Positions 29,469-39,717 of a stretch of 64,000 bases of DNA are shown here, one piece after another (the first letter of the stretch is position 1; each line of letters starts with the position of its first letter). The position numbers and the translations under genes were made by a program. Below the pieces are notes generated by a model that saw only the letters and a list, made by a program, of their open reading frames with translations, did not search any database and had not been told where the DNA came from. This DNA comes from Candidatus Multivoradales bacterium (GTDB taxonomy: Bacteria > Acidobacteriota > Thermoanaerobaculia > Multivoradales > Multivoraceae), in the NCBI GenBank assembly GCA_965223325.1, contig CBDCWI010000001.1:352001-416000 (forward strand), read 5' to 3'.

Positions 29469-30995
29469 CTAGTTGGCGCGTGCGGCCAGCTCCTGCAGCG
29501 TGCTCAACAGCTCGACGCGCTGGTAGGGCTTCTTCAAACACTTCGCCTCGTCGGTCAACAGTCCCGCGCGACGGATTTCGCGCGCCGAGTAGCCTGAGAT
29601 GAAGAGCGTGCGAATTTTCGGTGCCACGCTGGAAACGGCCTCGGCGAGTTCAGCGCCATTCATGCGCGGCATGATGACGTCGGTGACCAGGAGATCGATC
29701 TCTTCCCAGCGCTCCTTGACGATCTCGAGGGCTTCAACGCCACTGCAAGCATCGATCACCGTGTAGCCGGCCTCTTCGAGAATCCTCTGCGTCAGGAGGC
29801 GAACGCTCTCGTCGTCCTCGACCAACATGACGGTGCGGTTCTCGAGCTCGATCTTGGGCAGATGGGTTGCGTCGATCGTGGGTTCGTGAGGCTCACCGTC
29901 GACCGGGAGATGGACCTCGAAGGTCGTGCCCTTGCCCTTCTCGCTGAAGACCCATACAAAGCCACCACTCTGCTTGACGATTCCGTAGACCGTGGCGAGG
30001 CCGAGTCCGGTGCCCTCCTCGGGGCCTTTGGTCGTGAAGAACGGGTCGAAAATGTGGCTCAGGGTCTCGCGTGTCATGCCAACGCCGTCGTCGGCAACCC
30101 GAACCACGATGTAGTCCCCCTCGTGAACCACCTGGCCCTGGTGCCAGCCGGCCTCGAAGTGGCGCATGGAAGTCGAGATGGTCAGCGTTCCGCCACCCGG
30201 CATCGCATCGCGCGCGTTGATGGCGAGGTTCAACACCACCTGTTGGAGCTGGGAGTCGTCGGCGATCAGCGTCTCGAGATCCTCATGAAGGTCGAGCTCG
30301 ACTTCGATCTGCTCACCGATCGTGCGCTCGAGGAAGTCGCGCGACTCGCGTACGACCTTGTTGACGTCGACCGGGCCGCGCGACATGACCTGTTGACGAC
30401 TGAATGCCAGCAACTGTTGGGTCAAAGCGGCGCCGCGTTCCGAAGCCTTGACGATCGTCGAAGCGAAGCTCTCGGCCGCATGAGTGAGGCTCACGTCGTC
30501 ACGAAGAAGGGTGGCATAGCCCTGAATGACCATCAGGAGGTTATTGAAGTCGTGTGCAACCCCTCCCGCGAGCCGGCCGACAGCCTCGAGCCGCTGCGCC
30601 TGGAGAATCTGGCGTTCGACGCTGCGGCGCTCCAACGCCTGGACGACAGCGCGCTCGAGTCGGACGCGACCGAACTGGCCTTTGACCAGATAGTCGTGCA
30701 CTCCGACGTGCGCTGCCGCTACGACTGTCTCCAGGTCGTCCTCCGCACTCAGCACCATCACGGGCGCCATCGGGTGGCGGCGCCGAAACTCCTGCAGGGT
30801 GTCGACTCCCTGGCGCTTCTCGAGGTTGAGCTCGAGTAGAGAAAGGTCGGCGTGATGATCGGCAAGCCATTCACTGGCTGCGTCGAGATCAGGCGCCTGA
30901 TACAAGTCGATCGCCAGTCGCTCACACTCGAGCAACATCTCGACAACTGCCGCGACATCGTCTGGGTTGTTGTCGACGAGCAGCAAGGTCCGCAC
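29469..30995 (-). CDS. Cytoplasmic hybrid histidine kinase (REC / HisKA / HATPase / REC), CckA-like
   Basis: [38 protein letters not shown]; canonical C-terminal REC (VEDD, TDVIMP, KP); GTG start after GGAGGAAGG. Confidence 0.92.
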   Translation of the reverse strand: MRTLLLVDNNPDDVAAVVEMLLECERLAIDLYQAPDLDAASEWLADHHADLSLLELNLEKRQGVDTLQEFRRRHPMAPVMVLSAEDDLETVVAAAHVGVHDYLVKGQFGRVRLERAVVQALERRSVERQILQAQRLEAVGRLAGGVAHDFNNLLMVIQGYATLLRDDVSLTHAAESFASTIVKASERGAALTQQLLAFSRQQVMSRGPVDVNKVVRESRDFLERTIGEQIEVELDLHEDLETLIADDSQLQQVVLNLAINARDAMPGGGTLTISTSMRHFEAGWHQGQVVHEGDYIVVRVADDGVGMTRETLSHIFDPFFTTKGPEEGTGLGLATVYGIVKQSGGFVWVFSEKGKGTTFEVHLPVDGEPHEPTIDATHLPKIELENRTVMLVEDDESVRLLTQRILEEAGYTVIDACSGVEALEIVKERWEEIDLLVTDVIMPRMNGAELAEAVSSVAPKIRTLFISGYSAREIRRAGLLTDEAKCLKKPYQRVELLSTLQELAARAN

Positions 30996-31241
30996 GCCTT
31001 CCTCCGCTGACCTGGGTGTCAGGGTGGCCGAGTTCGAATGGCGAATCAGAAGCTGAACGGGCGAAGAAGAGTCGTGAATCATGCCTTCACGGAGGGAGTT
31101 TCCGAGGTTTCGCCCCGGAAGCACCTCATGGAATCCAGAGGGAGGCACCGGCCTTACGGCTCGATCTCAAGAGTATATCCTTTTTTCTATGAAACCTAGT
31201 TTTTCGATGTAATCTTTCTCAGCTTCTGGTCACATTCACGA

Positions 31242-31270
31242 TTGACCTACCGGACGGTCGGTCGTACGAT
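31242..31270 (+). promoter_or_regulatory. Sigma70-type promoter with imperfect palindrome in spacer
   Basis: TTGACC-17 nt-TACGAT; spacer ACCGGACGGTCGGT is a 10/14 dyad; AT-rich upstream. Confidence 0.6.
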
Positions 31271-31464
31271 GGCAGAGACCCACACAGTCCCTTTGAGGAA
31301 GCGCTGCGAGCCCCTTTAGAGCACGTCTGGGCACCGAGGCGGCACTTCGGCCGCCGATGGTCGGTGCCAGCCCCCTCTAAAGGTGCGATGATCAGGAGTC
31401 CTCCTGCCCGTTGAACTGTCGGCCCCTACGAGGCGTCCTCGGCTCGAGCCTGCCATCAGGGACT
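31268..31464. ncRNA. Candidate structured RNA or non-coding element, class unknown
   Basis: Nested stems 31286-92/31458-64, 31307-12/31441-46, 31313-21/31375-83, 31330-37/31361-68, 31338-43/31350-55. Confidence 0.4.
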
Positions 31465-31548
31465 CACCTGCGCCTCCAGAGGCCGGCGGCCAGAAACGTC
31501 TTACCCACCCCGCCTTCAGACCAAGAACCTCACCACGGAGACCCGTTC

Positions 31549-32667
31549 ATGAACTTCGACTTCTCTGACGCACAGAAAGCTCTCAAGCAGCAGACACGCG
31601 ACATGCTGCGCCAGGTTTGCCCTCTCGAAGTTCCACGCCGCGTCCTCGAAGGCGACGAGACGCACGACTCTTCGACCTGGAAGGCGCTGGTCGACATGGA
31701 GGCTCCCGGCATCGCGATCCCCGAGGAGTACGGAGGGATCGGGTTTGGCTACCTCGAGCTCTGCGTTGTCGCCGAAGAGCTCGGGCGTGCCCTGGCACCG
31801 ACGCCGTTCTCGTCCTCGGCCTATCTGGCGACCGAGGCGATTCTGCTCGCCGGCAGCGACGAACAGAAGAAGTCCTACTTGCCGCGCCTTGCAACCGGCG
31901 AAGTCATTGGCACGTTCGCGCTTGCCGAGGGGCCCGGCGCGCCGACCGAGAACAAGCTCACCACCACCCTCGACGGCGACAAGCTGACTGGTGCGAAGAC
32001 TCCGGTTCCCGACGGTGAGATCGCCGACTTTGCGGTCGTCGTCGCCAAGGAGGGCGGCAGCACTTCGCTGGCGATCGTCGACCTCACCGGCGGAGGGGTA
32101 ACCAGCGAGCGCGTCGAGACCATCGACCCGACGCGCAAGCATGCCGCGCTCACTTTCGACGGCGCAAGCGCCGAGAGGCTCGGCGAGAAGGGCAACGGTT
32201 GGCTCACCAAAGACGAGGTCTTCGACAGGGCAGCCGTCCTGCTTGCCATGGAGCAGCTCGGAGGGGCCGATCGTTGCCTCGAGATGGCGGTCGACTACGC
32301 CAAGGGCCGCTTCGCCTTCGGTCGACCGATTGGTTCCTTTCAGGCGATCAAACACAAGCTCGCCGACATGTACATCAAGAACGAGCTCGCGCGCGCCAAC
32401 TGTTACTACGGCGCCTGGGCTCTGTCGACCGACGCCGCCGAGCTCGCCACCGCGGCCGCCGCCGGGCGCGTCGCCGCCATCGACGCCTACTTCTACGCCA
32501 CCAAGGAGAACATCCAGACTCACGGCGGCATTGGCTTCACCTGGGAGTCGGACTGCCACCTGTTCTACCGCCGCGCCAAGCTGCTGTCGCTCACCATCGG
32601 GAGCGCCCGAGTGTGGAAGGACCGGCTCGTCGGCGCCCTCGAAGCAGAGAGCGAGAGCGCCGCGTAA
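31549..32667 (+). CDS. Acyl-CoA dehydrogenase (short subunit of heteromeric pair)
   Basis: IPEEYGG, FGRPIGSFQAIKHKLADM, QTHGGIGFTWE. Confidence 0.92.
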   Translation: MNFDFSDAQKALKQQTRDMLRQVCPLEVPRRVLEGDETHDSSTWKALVDMEAPGIAIPEEYGGIGFGYLELCVVAEELGRALAPTPFSSSAYLATEAILLAGSDEQKKSYLPRLATGEVIGTFALAEGPGAPTENKLTTTLDGDKLTGAKTPVPDGEIADFAVVVAKEGGSTSLAIVDLTGGGVTSERVETIDPTRKHAALTFDGASAERLGEKGNGWLTKDEVFDRAAVLLAMEQLGGADRCLEMAVDYAKGRFAFGRPIGSFQAIKHKLADMYIKNELARANCYYGAWALSTDAAELATAAAAGRVAAIDAYFYATKENIQTHGGIGFTWESDCHLFYRRAKLLSLTIGSARVWKDRLVGALEAESESAA

Positions 32668-33893
32668 TGGACTTCAACGACACCCCCGAACAGGCCGAGT
32701 TTCGCGCCGAGGCGCGAAGCTGGCTCGAACAGAACGCCGAGCGCAAGACCCCCAACACCCGCGCCCTCAACCGTCGTTTGACCTCGGAGCGCGGCCTCGA
32801 GATCGCCAAAGAGTGGCAGGCCAAAAAGGCCGACGCCGGCTATGCCTCGATGCACTTCCCAGAGGAGTACGGTGGCCAGGGGTCGATCCTCAAGGCGGTC
32901 ATCTTCGACGAAGAAGAAGGCGACTTCAACGTACCGTCGGGTTTTTTCTCGATCGGGCTCGGCATGTGCGCGCCAGTGATGATGACCTACGCCACCGAAG
33001 AGCAGAAGAAGCGTCATGTGCCGCCGATGGTGCGCGGCGACGAAGTCTGGTGCCAGCTGTTCTCCGAACCGGGCGCCGGCTCAGACCTCGCCGGCCTGCG
33101 CATGCGCGCAGAGCGCGATGGTGACGAATGGGTCATCAACGGCCAGAAGGTTTGGACCTCGGGCGCCCACTACTCCGACTACGGCATTCTGGTCACCCGC
33201 CACGACGCAGACCTCGCCAAGCACAAGGGCCTGACCTTCTTCTTCCTCGACATGAAGTCGCCGGGCGTCGAGATCCGGCCGATCAAGCAGATCTCGGGCG
33301 CCTCGGACTTCAACGAGGTCTACTTCACGAACGTGCGGATTCCAGACTCGCAGCGTCTCGGCGAAGTCGGCGAAGGCTGGCAGGTTTCGATCACCACGCT
33401 GATGAACGAACGCCTGGCGGTCGGCGGCGCACCACCACCCGACGCCGATCACCTCCTGCGTCTGGCGCGCGAGGTCGAGCTCGAAACCGGTCCGGCGATC
33501 GCCGACCCGGCCGTACGAGAGCGCATCGCCGAGTGGTACGTCGAACAGGAAGGTCTGCGGCTGGTCAGGGCCCGCACCCGCACAGCCCTCTCGAAAGGAC
33601 AGGCACCAGGCCCCGAAGCCTCGATCGGCAAGGTGGTCTCAGCCAACAAGCTGCAGAACGTCGCCTCGTTCGGCCAGGACCTGCTCGACGCCGGCGGCAT
33701 CTTGAGCGAAGCCGACCAGACGCTCGCCGACGGCATCTTCCAGAGCGGTTTCCTCTACGCGCCTGGCCTGCGAATCGCAGGCGGCACCGACGAGATCCTA
33801 CGTAACGTGATCGCGGAGCGAGTGCTCCAGCTGCCTGGCGACATTCGCGTGGACCGCGACGTTGCCTTCCGGGACATTCCCTCCGGCAGTTGA
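32667..33893 (+). CDS. Acyl-CoA dehydrogenase (catalytic subunit)
   Basis: [36 protein letters not shown]; TAATG coupling. Confidence 0.93.
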   Translation: MDFNDTPEQAEFRAEARSWLEQNAERKTPNTRALNRRLTSERGLEIAKEWQAKKADAGYASMHFPEEYGGQGSILKAVIFDEEEGDFNVPSGFFSIGLGMCAPVMMTYATEEQKKRHVPPMVRGDEVWCQLFSEPGAGSDLAGLRMRAERDGDEWVINGQKVWTSGAHYSDYGILVTRHDADLAKHKGLTFFFLDMKSPGVEIRPIKQISGASDFNEVYFTNVRIPDSQRLGEVGEGWQVSITTLMNERLAVGGAPPPDADHLLRLAREVELETGPAIADPAVRERIAEWYVEQEGLRLVRARTRTALSKGQAPGPEASIGKVVSANKLQNVASFGQDLLDAGGILSEADQTLADGIFQSGFLYAPGLRIAGGTDEILRNVIAERVLQLPGDIRVDRDVAFRDIPSGS

Positions 33894-33957
33894 CCAGCCT
33901 TGGGCCGGCCGACTTCCCCACCGCCCACCATGTACTTCCAGTGAACGGAGACCAGAG

Positions 33958-35166
33958 ATGAACGAGTGCTACATCTACGACGCAGTGCGTACCCCCCGTG
34001 GGCGCGGCAAGAAGGAAGGCGCCCTTCACGAGGTGACGGCGCTGCAACTCGGCACCCACGTCCTCGAACAGATTCGCGACCGCAATGAGCTCGACACCGC
34101 CAAGGTCGACGACGTGGTGTTCGGCTGCGTCAGCCCAGTCGGCGAGCAGGGCTCGGACATCGCCCGCATGTCGGTCCTCAACGCCGGCTACGAGCAGCGC
34201 GTGCCGGGGGTTCAGGTCAACCGCTTCTGCGCTTCCGGCCTCGAGGCGACCAACATGGCAGCCGCCGAAGTCTTCGCCGGTGCTGCCGACATGACGATCG
34301 GCGGCGGCGTTGAGTCGATGAGCCGCGTACCGATGGGCTCAGACGGCGGGCCAATGGCGACCGACCCACAGTTTGCGATGGATCAGTATTTCGTTCCGCA
34401 GGGCATAAGCGCCGATCTCATCGCCACGCTCTATGACATCTCGCGCACCGACGTCGACGCCTACGCGGTCGCCAGCCAGGAGCGTGCCGCAGAGGCCTGG
34501 GAGAACGGGCGCTTCGACGGCTCGATCGTTCCGGTCACCGACGAGAACGGGGTGGTGATCCTCGATCGCGACGAGCACATGCGACCTGGCACGACCCTCG
34601 AGTCGCTCGCCCAACTGCGGCCGTCGTTTGCCGATATGGGAAAGCAGTACGGCTTTGACGCTGTGGCCATTCAACGCTACCCCGAGGTCGAAGAGATCGA
34701 ACACGTCCATCACGCCGGCAACAGCTCCGGCATCGTCGACGGGGCCGCCGCCATTCTGCTCGGCACGCGCGAGGCCGGCAAAGTGATGGGTCTCGAGCCG
34801 CGCGCTAGAGTGCGCGCCTACGCCTCAGTCGGCACCGAGCCCTGCATCATGCTCACCGGCCCGGGTGAAGTGACCCGCAAGGTGCTCGAGCGCTCGGGCA
34901 TGGACAAGAGCGACATCGACCTCTGGGAGCTCAACGAGGCGTTTGCCTCGGTGGTTCTGCGCTACATGCAGGAGCTCGACATCGACCACGACTTGATCAA
35001 CGTCAACGGTGGCTCGATCGCGATGGGACACCCGCTGGGCGCGACCGGCGCCATGATCCTCGGCACGCTGCTCGACGAGCTCGAGCGGCGCGACCTCACG
35101 ACCGGTCTGGCGACCCTTTGTGTCGGGGCCGGCATGGGTACCGCGACCATCATCGAGCGCGTCTGA
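33958..35166 (+). CDS. fadA: Acetyl-CoA C-acyltransferase (thiolase)
   Basis: [33 protein letters not shown]. Confidence 0.92.
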   Translation: MNECYIYDAVRTPRGRGKKEGALHEVTALQLGTHVLEQIRDRNELDTAKVDDVVFGCVSPVGEQGSDIARMSVLNAGYEQRVPGVQVNRFCASGLEATNMAAAEVFAGAADMTIGGGVESMSRVPMGSDGGPMATDPQFAMDQYFVPQGISADLIATLYDISRTDVDAYAVASQERAAEAWENGRFDGSIVPVTDENGVVILDRDEHMRPGTTLESLAQLRPSFADMGKQYGFDAVAIQRYPEVEEIEHVHHAGNSSGIVDGAAAILLGTREAGKVMGLEPRARVRAYASVGTEPCIMLTGPGEVTRKVLERSGMDKSDIDLWELNEAFASVVLRYMQELDIDHDLINVNGGSIAMGHPLGATGAMILGTLLDELERRDLTTGLATLCVGAGMGTATIIERV

Positions 35167-35251
35167 GCACCTGGAGCTCCTTCTGACGGCGCACCAGCTC
35201 GTACAGAGCCAAGCCCCTCATCTCATCAGTTCAAAGAACCGGAAGTTCGTC

Positions 35252-37444
35252 ATGGAAAACCTGAAATACGAAATCGAAGATGGTCTCGCGATCATCACCT
35301 GGGACATGCCCGGCCGACCGGTCAACGTGCTCTCGGAGGACACGATGCGCGAGTTCGGCGAGTGCATCGAGCGCGCCGCCAGCGACGACGACATCAAAGG
35401 CATCGTGGTCACCAGCGCCAAACCCGGCATGTTCGTCGCCGGCGCCGACCTCTCGATGCTCGCCGGTGCGAGCTCGAGCGATAGCGGCGAGCGCTCCCGC
35501 GAGGAAACGGCGCGGCTCCTGTTCGAGGGCAATCTCGCTCTCAACCAGATGCTCCGGCGGCTCGAAACCTGCGGCAAGCCGGTGGCTGCGGCACTCAACG
35601 GCACGGCTTTAGGCGGCGGCTACGAGATCGCACTCGCCAGCCACTACCGGGTAGTCGCCGATCATCCCAAGATCCAGATCGGCCTGCCGGAATGCAAGGT
35701 CGGCGTCATGCCGGGTGGCGGCGGTACCCAGCGTCTACCGCGCTTGATCGGTGCGATGGCCGCGCTGCCGCTCATTCTGCAGGGCAAGACCCTCGCCCCA
35801 CGCGCCGCCCAATCGATGGGGCTGGTACACAAAGTCGTGCCGGCCGAAGAGGTCCTCGCCGAGGCCAAACGATGGTTGCGCGAAGAACCCAAAGCGGTCC
35901 AACCCTGGGACGAGCGCGGCTACAAGATTCCTGGCGGAGGTCCATACAGCAAGTCGGGCACCCCAGTGTTCATGGGTGGTGCGGCCATGCTGCGCAACCA
36001 GAGCTTCGGCAACTACCCGGCGCAGGAACACGCCATGCAGTCGGTCTACGAGGGGCTCATGGTGCCCATCGATGCCGGCCTGCGCATCGAGTCCCGCCAC
36101 TTCACGGCGCTTTTGCTCGACCCTGCATCACGCAACATGATTCGCAGCCTGTTCCTTTCCAAGCAGGCTCTCGACAAAGGCGCCCGCAGGCCGCGCGATA
36201 TCGAGCACAGCAAGGTCACCAAGCTGGGCATACTCGGCGCCGGCATGATGGGAGCAGGCGTCGCCTTTGTCTCCGCGCGCGCCGGCATGGAGGTCGTGCT
36301 ACTCGACGTCTCGGAGGAGAACGCCGAGCGCGGCAAGAAGTACTCGGCCGATCTGATGGACAAACGCATCAACCGCGGCCGCTCGACCACCGAAGAGAAG
36401 ATCGCGCTCCTCGAACGCATCAAGCCAACGACTTCTTACGATGACCTCGCCGGTTGCGAGCTGATCATCGAAGCGGTGTTCGAGGATCGAGACATCAAGA
36501 AGAAGGTCACCGAGCAGACCGAGGCCGTCGTAAGCGCTGAGGCGATCTTCGGCTCCAACACCTCGACGCTACCGATCACCGGACTCGCCAAGGCTTCGAA
36601 GCGCCCCGAGAGTTTCATCGGCATTCACTTCTTCTCGCCAGTCGAGAAGATGATGCTGGTCGAGATCATCATGGGGAAGGAAACCTCCGACCGCGCACTC
36701 GCTGTCGCCATGGACTACGTCGCTCAAATCAAAAAGACCCCGATTGTCGTCAACGACAGCCGCGGGTTCTACACCAGCCGTTGTTTCGGTACCTACGTGC
36801 GCGAGGGCATTGCGATGCTGGCCGAAGGGGTCAAGCCTGCCCTGATCGAGAACGCCGGGCGCGCCACCGGCATGCCGGTCGCCCCTCTGGCGATGAACGA
36901 CGAGGTGTCACTCGAGTTGGCGTATCACGTTCAGCAGCAGACCAAGAAGGACCTCGGCGATGCCTATCCCGAGTCTCCCGGCGACGCCATCATCGAGAAG
37001 ATGGTCCAGGACCTCGACCGCAAGGGCCGCAAGAACGGCCGCGGCTTCTATGACTATGAAGACGGCGGCAAGCGTCTGTGGCCAGGTCTCTCCGATCTTG
37101 TTGCAGTGGCGGCAGAACAACCCGACCCCGAAGTGCTGAAGCGCCGCTTCCTGCACATTCAGGCCCTCGAGACCGCACGCTGCTTCGAAGAGAACGTGGT
37201 CACCGACGTCCGCGATGCCGACGTCGGCGCGATCTTCGGCTGGGGCTTCGCACCCTGGAGCGGTGGCCCGCTGTCCTACATCGACACCATAGGCACCGCA
37301 CGCTTCGTCGAGGAGTGCCGGGAGCTCGAAGAGGCCTTTGGGCCACGCTTCGCTCCCAACGATCTGCTCCTCGAGATGGCAAAGAACAATCAGACGTTCT
37401 ACGGGCGCTTCGCTCCGGAGGAACGGCGGCCTTCCGCCGCCTGA
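35252..37444 (+). CDS. fadB: Multifunctional enoyl-CoA hydratase / 3-hydroxyacyl-CoA dehydrogenase (FadB/FadJ)
   Basis: ALGGGYE, GLPE, GAGMMGAG, EAVFE, SNTSTL, HFFSPV. Confidence 0.92.
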   Translation: MENLKYEIEDGLAIITWDMPGRPVNVLSEDTMREFGECIERAASDDDIKGIVVTSAKPGMFVAGADLSMLAGASSSDSGERSREETARLLFEGNLALNQMLRRLETCGKPVAAALNGTALGGGYEIALASHYRVVADHPKIQIGLPECKVGVMPGGGGTQRLPRLIGAMAALPLILQGKTLAPRAAQSMGLVHKVVPAEEVLAEAKRWLREEPKAVQPWDERGYKIPGGGPYSKSGTPVFMGGAAMLRNQSFGNYPAQEHAMQSVYEGLMVPIDAGLRIESRHFTALLLDPASRNMIRSLFLSKQALDKGARRPRDIEHSKVTKLGILGAGMMGAGVAFVSARAGMEVVLLDVSEENAERGKKYSADLMDKRINRGRSTTEEKIALLERIKPTTSYDDLAGCELIIEAVFEDRDIKKKVTEQTEAVVSAEAIFGSNTSTLPITGLAKASKRPESFIGIHFFSPVEKMMLVEIIMGKETSDRALAVAMDYVAQIKKTPIVVNDSRGFYTSRCFGTYVREGIAMLAEGVKPALIENAGRATGMPVAPLAMNDEVSLELAYHVQQQTKKDLGDAYPESPGDAIIEKMVQDLDRKGRKNGRGFYDYEDGGKRLWPGLSDLVAVAAEQPDPEVLKRRFLHIQALETARCFEENVVTDVRDADVGAIFGWGFAPWSGGPLSYIDTIGTARFVEECRELEEAFGPRFAPNDLLLEMAKNNQTFYGRFAPEERRPSAA

Positions 37445-37620
37445 TCAACGGGTGTTCACGAGGGACCGGTGGCCGCCGTCAATCCCATTGTTTACCTCGG
37501 ATACCTCTCGCTATTCGACGGGATAACCCTTTCGGAGGTCTAGAATTGCGCGATCGCGCCCCTACGATCGTCTCAACCCTGGTCGCTCCGTAGGATCTCT
37601 CAGCCCTGAGGAACACTCCG

Positions 37621-38967
37621 ATGAAGCTCTCGCACCTGCCGTTCAATCCGTTCACGACCTTTTCCGCGCTCGCCACCGCCTTGTTGCTGGCGGTCGCATC
37701 GCCGGGTGTGGCAACCAACAACGACGAAGATCTCGCCGGCGAGGGTGGCCACACACCCACCGCGGGAGTGCAGATCATCGTCGACGCTTCGCGAACCATG
37801 GCGGGTTCACTCGCCGACGGAACAGAGCGTATGGACGCCGTGCGTCAGGCCACGGGTGCCTGGCTCGACCACCTCAAGAGCAGCGACGAGACCGTCGAAG
37901 TCTCCCTGCGCGCCTTCGGAAACGGTTCGCGACGTCGCATTCAGGACTGTGAGGACACTGAGCTGCTCGCCAAACCGACCCTCGCAACGGAGGTCGGCAA
38001 GGACTGGACCGGCGCGCTTCTCGGTCTGCCGCCGACCGGTTTCAGCCCGATTTCACGCGCTCTCGAGATCGGAACGCGCGATCTGGCGCGTCGCACAACC
38101 GAGGAGCGTGCAATCGTTCTGATTGCCGATGGTCGCGACAGCTGCGGCGTGGATCCATGCCACACCGCCCGTATCCTGCGGGCTTCGCACCCCACCCTGC
38201 GTATCCACACCATCGCGCTCGACCCCGATGCTGCGACCGGCGCACAGCTCGCCTGCATCGCTGACGTGACGGGTGGCATCCACCTGCATGCCGACTCGGT
38301 CGAGGCAGTCACCGCGGCGCTCACCCAGACCGCCAACGCGGAACCCAACCCCCCGGTCGCGTTTACCGGTGGCAGCGGTGTTCTCACCCTGGATCGGGCC
38401 ACGATCCCGGGCCACGAAGTTCGCGACACGCGCACCGGCACCATCATCGGTTCGCTGAGTTCCGGACGACGCAGCAAGAACCTGCCTGCCGGGGTCTACA
38501 ACATTGCCATGGGCCCACTGTGGTGGCAGAGCGTTCGCATCGCGCCCGGTCAGCAGACGATTCTGCGCCCGGGAATCCTCTCGGTGCGCGGTGCCTCGGT
38601 CCGCGGGCATCGCGTGCGTGACTCCGAAACCGGCGTGCTCGCTGGCGGCGTAAGCACCATCAAGAGTTCGATCCCGCTCATTCCCGGGACCTACGACATC
38701 ACCTTCGGCCAGGCGCTGTGGCGTGGCGTGCGTGTTGAAGCAGGACATGAGACCGTCCTGCGTCCACCACGCCTCGAGTACCGCGGCGTACCGGCGCGTG
38801 GCGTCCAGGTACGTGATGCCGCCGGTCGTGAGGTCGGCACACTCACGCCTGGCTACTGGCGGCTAGCGGTCCCACCGGGGTCCTACGTCGTGGACCTGGC
38901 GGGCGGCCCAGCGACCTTTGACCTCGAACGCGGCCAGGTGATCGACCTGGGCCAGCACGACCGCTAG
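37621..38967 (+). CDS. Secreted VWA-domain protein with three C-terminal beta repeats
   Basis: Signal peptide; IIVDASRTM, LIADGRDSCG; three units of about 62-65 aa with VRD..G...PG.Y. Confidence 0.8.
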   Translation: MKLSHLPFNPFTTFSALATALLLAVASPGVATNNDEDLAGEGGHTPTAGVQIIVDASRTMAGSLADGTERMDAVRQATGAWLDHLKSSDETVEVSLRAFGNGSRRRIQDCEDTELLAKPTLATEVGKDWTGALLGLPPTGFSPISRALEIGTRDLARRTTEERAIVLIADGRDSCGVDPCHTARILRASHPTLRIHTIALDPDAATGAQLACIADVTGGIHLHADSVEAVTAALTQTANAEPNPPVAFTGGSGVLTLDRATIPGHEVRDTRTGTIIGSLSSGRRSKNLPAGVYNIAMGPLWWQSVRIAPGQQTILRPGILSVRGASVRGHRVRDSETGVLAGGVSTIKSSIPLIPGTYDITFGQALWRGVRVEAGHETVLRPPRLEYRGVPARGVQVRDAAGREVGTLTPGYWRLAVPPGSYVVDLAGGPATFDLERGQVIDLGQHDR

Positions 38968-39246
38968 GCCCCCTTTCACACCAGTCACTCAACCGTCGAG
39001 TAACACGCTGGCGCGCAACGCGTAGAAGGGCGTATGCATGGTTCTTCCAAAGGCGCCTCGCCGCAGCGTGGGCCGCGTCGTTTCGCAACCACCCGCTGGA
39101 GCTATCGGCTCGATGATTCCCACGAGCAAAGGTTTGCGGCCTCGAGGCATGCATGGTGGGTGAGGGCGAGGGATTCGACTAGCCCCGCCAAGACACTCTT
39201 CGATGGAATGAGCTAGCGTGGTCTCACAACCCCCGCGGGAGACGCC

Positions 39247-39717
39247 ATGACGGATGAAAACCGAACCGGAGAAGGCCAGACGCGAAGTGGCGGCTGCCTG
39301 TGCGGTCTTGTGCGCTTCGAAGTCGAGCCTCCGTTCTTACGCGCCAATCACTGCCACTGCAGCCGCTGCCGAAAACACTCAGGGGCCAGCGGCTGCGTGC
39401 AGGCACGGGTCGTGCGCGAAAGGTTCCGCCTACTCCGTGGCGACGAAGCGCTCCGCATCTACGGTCGCGGCGAAGGCGCGGTCAAAGTCTTCTGTCGCCA
39501 TTGCGGATCGAGTCTCTTCGGCGGGACCTGGCCAGACGGCCCACAAGTCTCGATTCGCCTCGGCGCCTTCGATGGCGACCCGGGCATCGCACCGCAGTTT
39601 CACACCTTCGTCGACTCGAAAGCACCCTGGGATCGCATCCACGACGACCTGCCACAGTACGCCGGCGCCTGGTCGAAAACCGCTGAACCTCTGTCGCCAG
39701 ACGAACACCGCCGATGA
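39247..39717 (+). CDS. GFA/CENP-V family Zn protein
   Basis: GGCLCG, HCHCSRCRK, FCRHCGSSLF. Confidence 0.9.
   Translation: MTDENRTGEGQTRSGGCLCGLVRFEVEPPFLRANHCHCSRCRKHSGASGCVQARVVRERFRLLRGDEALRIYGRGEGAVKVFCRHCGSSLFGGTWPDGPQVSIRLGAFDGDPGIAPQFHTFVDSKAPWDRIHDDLPQYAGAWSKTAEPLSPDEHRR

Noticed and set aside
39154-39179. tRNA 3'-end or att-like fragment (GGCGAGGGATTCGA)
   Set aside because: No cloverleaf, no integrase, and the match is too short.
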